A stretch of DNA of 63,518 nt, counting the filler, from Saprolegnia diclina VS20 (Eukaryota), in assembly GCF_000281045.1 (NCBI RefSeq). It is 3 parts of 2 records of this genome, joined end to end, with 100 filler letters (N's around TTAATTAATTAA, not from the genome) between each part and the next. Parts side by side here need not be neighbours in the genome. Positions count along the whole stretch, not along the records: positions 59,451 to 63,518 come from NW_008246132.1; 2 more parts are not named here. One strand, given 5' to 3'. This document shows, in pieces, positions 60,300 to 63,518 of this stretch (the first letter of the stretch is position 1; every line of letters starts with the position of its first letter). The notes beneath the pieces were generated by a model. It ran no database searches, was not told the origin of the DNA, and saw only the letters and a list, made by a program, of their open reading frames with translations. Made by a program: the position numbers and the translations under genes.

Positions 60300-62706
60300 T
60301 CATTCGTTTACATCCAATTCAGCTGCAGCTATGACAAAGTCCCGGACAAGCACTGTGAGCTCAAGTGTCGTCGGCCGCTGCGTCGGGTCCAGCGACAAGC
60401 ACCGATTCCCGACCTCCAGCAACCAACTTGGAGCTGCCGCCGCAAACGTCGGTCGCAGTGCACCGGATGTGACTTTCGACAAGATGGCTTGCTGGCTCAG
60501 TGCTCGGCCGGACGAGGCGTTCAGAGCATCGCTGTAGGGAACCTTGTGCGTACTCATCTCAGACAAAATGACCCCTACACAAGATCAAACATCAGAAAAT
60601 GTCAAAACCCTAACCCCAGATTGCCCTAGCCCGAGACCGTACCAAACGAGTAAATGTCGGCGGCCACCGTATACTCGGTGCCGAGAATGACTTCGGGCGC
60701 CATCCACTGGAACGTGCCAATGCCGTTCGTGAGCGTCTTTTGGTCGTCGAGAATTCGTGAAGTGCCAAAGTCGCTGAGTTTGGTTCCGTTTCTCGAATCC
60801 AAAAGCACATTGCGCGACTTGAGATCGCGGTGGATGATCACGGGCGCAAACGTATGCAGAAACACGAGACCGTACACGATGCTCTCGAGGATCGTCGCCT
60901 TTGTACTCCACGACACATTTTCCACCGTGGACGCGGCGAGGAAGCTGCGCAGGTCGCCGAGGTCGCAGTACTCGACGATGGCCTCAATGTCCATGAGGCG
61001 GCGCCAGCGCACACCCAGAAGTCGGACAATGTACGGGCTCTCGAGTCTACATCCAGAGAATGTCAATATAGCAATGATAGAATAGAAAGTAGAGACGTGT
61101 GGAGGAGCAGAATCTCGTGAATAAAGGCGTGGACAGAGGCGGGTGATGGGCTCTTGACGCGCTTGAGAGCGACGGTGGTGTGGGCGTAGATACCGCGCCA
61201 GACGTCGCCGTACGCACCCGAGGCGAGTGGCTTGGTGCCGCAGAGAACGATGTCATCGGCGTCGATCTGGAGCATATGGAGCGTCGCAATTTGACTCGGT
61301 CGGAGCGTTGACGCGAGGTAGTCGTCGTCGGCTGTTCGGCGCGTCTTGACCGCACGGCGCCCGCGCCGAATGGCGTAAACAGAGAAGAGGATGATACACA
61401 CAAGGACAAAGCTCCCTCCAAGATAGATAGATGTGGTGTAAGGGTACATCCACGGATAGTCGTCGTAGGCGTCTACGCAGCAACAGTAGTCTAGACTATA
61501 AATTATGTGGTTCACATGACAGTACCCGTCTCCGGGCGGTTGCGGTCGGGGATGCAGACTGACGTGGCTTCCCACAGACGCTTGACTTGGCCACGCGCGG
61601 CCGTGCACTGCGCCACGTCTTGCTGAATACGGTTGACGCGGTAGCCGGTCGTAGCGTTTGGCAAGGCCGGCGCCAGGGCCGCGAGCGCTGCGTACGTAGC
61701 ATTGTCGACCATAAGACTGGGCACGTCGCAGTCGTCACAGGTACTACGCTCGCCAATGTCAAAACAGGATCAGAACCAAAGTGCAAAATACAAGTAGCGC
61801 AGCTCGGTCGACACTTCGAGGCGCGAGATTGGCGTGCGCACGCCACCAAGCTCTCTACATCCTCAATGTACAAACCGTAGCCGTCGATGATTGTAGAGTG
61901 TACAGCGTGCGCAGTCCTTTGAGAGATAGCGAGAGAGGGAAGGTGTCCCAGCGTGTGACGCACTTGTCGAGGACGCTGCAGATGCGGTCAAAATGATCAA
62001 CAAATGAAAACGTACAGATGCTGCAGAGAATCACCGACGCCGTTGAGCCAAAAGTCGCCCAAGCGCGAGTTCCGGAGCTCGCTACGTAGCATTGAGACAG
62101 GGATCTTGTCGGTACAGTATTCGGCGTACAGTCGTCGGAGGTGCTCCAGTCGCCAGAACTGGAGAGTGCCTCGCACCGAACTGTTGTTTAATGTCCTATC
62201 GACATCAAATTGTGCCTCTGGGGGGACTACATGAGGCCTTGTACAAGCTCTCGAGGGCACGCGGCAGCTGCAGTTGCTCGAACGCACCGACCGACGGCCC
62301 CATGTGCGCGTTCGACTCGGCGTCGATCGTCGCCTGCTCAAACACTCTGCGCAGACGCATGAGCCCATGGTTCGACGCCATCCTACTCACAAGGCGCGCA
62401 AATCGACGGGAAACTGCAGATAGGTGTGCACACTCGTGGCGCTCTGCACGTGCGCGAGTTCTCTAGTCCCCGATTCATTGACAGAATTAACCAAATAAGG
62501 ACGTACAGTGTGTCGTATGGGTACCGCGAGAGGTCGCCTATGAGCCAGTGGCTCTCTAGATCAAAGCGCGTGGCGTTGACCGGCAAGACCTGAGCGATCG
62601 CGCAGTTGCGGTCGAGAAGGCAGGTCGCCGCCGCACCGCACGAGCCGTCGGCCACGAGCACGCGCTGCTGGTCGCTGAGGTCGCTGTAGCCGCACGCCTT
62701 TTGCAT
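60300..62706 (-). CDS. Receptor-like TKL protein kinase (Cys/LRR-like ectodomain, TM, kinase), multi-exon
   Basis: LASGAYGDVW, VALK, IIHRDLKSRNVLL, DFG, GTFQWMAPE, DIYSFG, CLSLDPTQRP. TM IYLGGSFVLVCIILFSVYAIRR. The start may lie slightly upstream. Confidence 0.85.
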
Positions 62707-62915
62707 ATAGCGAGGTCCCGTTGGCGTCGTGCGGGCGTCGTTGTGATGATGACGCTGACCGAGTGGCTGTCACCCAGAAGCGCGCCTCTCTATTGTCCAA
62801 TATGTCTCTTTTGTTTTGTCATATATCATGTCTGTCTCATTGACAGGTCGCTTATAACGGTAGTGAGACACGTGTGAGATATGGTTTGAAAGCCGGACCA
62901 GATTGCCATTCACGA

Positions 62916-63119
62916 ATGGCCGCCTGCAAGTACGACGACCTCAAGCCCGGCGAGACCATCTTGACCAACGACGGCTCGTGCGCGACAGCGTGCGTACTTG
63001 GTCGCAACTGCTCGGTCGTCGAGACCCTCCCGGCGAATGCGACGCGCTTCGACTTTGCCGCTGGCTACCTCCTCGGCGACCTCTCGCGCCACGAGCCGGC
63101 CAATCTGTTCGCCCGATGA
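62916..63119 (+). pseudogene. Isolated inverted copy of the kinase ectodomain first exon
   Basis: ACKYDDL..DGSC..CVLGRNC..LPANATRFD..LLGDLSR aligns with ACGYSDL..DGSC..CLLDRNC..LPVNATRFD..LIGDLSR of the adjacent kinase. No convincing continuation. Confidence 0.6.
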
Positions 63120-63396
63120 GCTTTTCCTGTCGAGCTCACGCTCTGTATACTAGCACCATGGTCAACGTTCAAGACCGTCATTTGACGCACAAGCTATGTA
63201 TTTTGAGCAATTTACCCCGTTTTGGTTAAATTGACGCCCTCGTCCACCGAGTTGTGACATTTTCCCGGGTCTAGTAGACCGATTGACAATACCGATGGAT
63301 GTCCTCTCAACTACAAAATTCAATATCGCCGAATGCATCCTAGTTGGACCAGTACTAGTACAACAAACACATCATTCGCACCGACTAAGCTTAGTG

Positions 63397-63518
63397 TTAA
63401 ACTCGGCTGGCGCTAGCGTTTACAAAGTCCCGGACGAGCACCGTGAGCTCGAGTGTCGTCGGCCGCTGCGTCGGGTCCAGCGACAAGCACCGATTCCCGA
63501 CCTCGAGCAACCAGCTTG
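63397..63518 (-). CDS. 3' end of a second TKL kinase, tandem paralog continuing beyond the window
   Basis: About 95 nt nearly identical to 60334-60430 (WLLEVGNRCLSLDPTQRPTTLELTVLVRDFV); TAA at 63397-63399. Confidence 0.8.
   Translation of the reverse strand, partial: SWLLEVGNRCLSLDPTQRPTTLELTVLVRDFVNASASRV

Noticed and set aside
1..63518. tRNA, rRNA, CRISPR or prokaryotic defence operons
   Set aside because: None recognised by eye, and the sequence is intron-containing eukaryotic DNA. A covariance-model scan would be needed to exclude small ncRNAs.

Overview
Eukaryotic, gene-dense, GC-rich genomic DNA with short (about 40-60 bp) GT-AG introns. Gene content (GH6 cellulase, TKL receptor-like kinases, U-box expansion, anoctamins) fits an oomycete, probably Saprolegniales; this is an inference. 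About 25 genes or gene fragments are visible, plus three assembly gaps, two of which contain an artificial TTAATTAATTAA linker. The most striking feature is a ~2,390-aa minus-strand protein (43778-51068). It starts with an exact copy of histone H3 residues 1-17 and carries, in a central low-complexity region, four RNA polymerase II CTD-like heptads (YSPTSPA), FG-like repeats and an acidic tract. The rest of the protein looks like a beta-rich, macroglobulin-like scaffold. Other notable items: (1) a five-member tandem array of U-box E3 ligases with an uncharacterised SH3-like triplet and repeat domain, at different stages of decay or expansion; (2) a head-to-head pair of mitochondrial assembly microproteins, BRAWNIN/UQCC6-like and COX16-like; (3) unusual multidomain trafficking proteins (RUN-RhoGAP-ELMO-TLDc and PX-GOLD-PH-TM); (4) a recurrent TATCCGGATA-type motif about 25-60 bp upstream of several start codons. 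All domain calls are from motif recognition by eye, not database searches, and exon boundaries were read manually.
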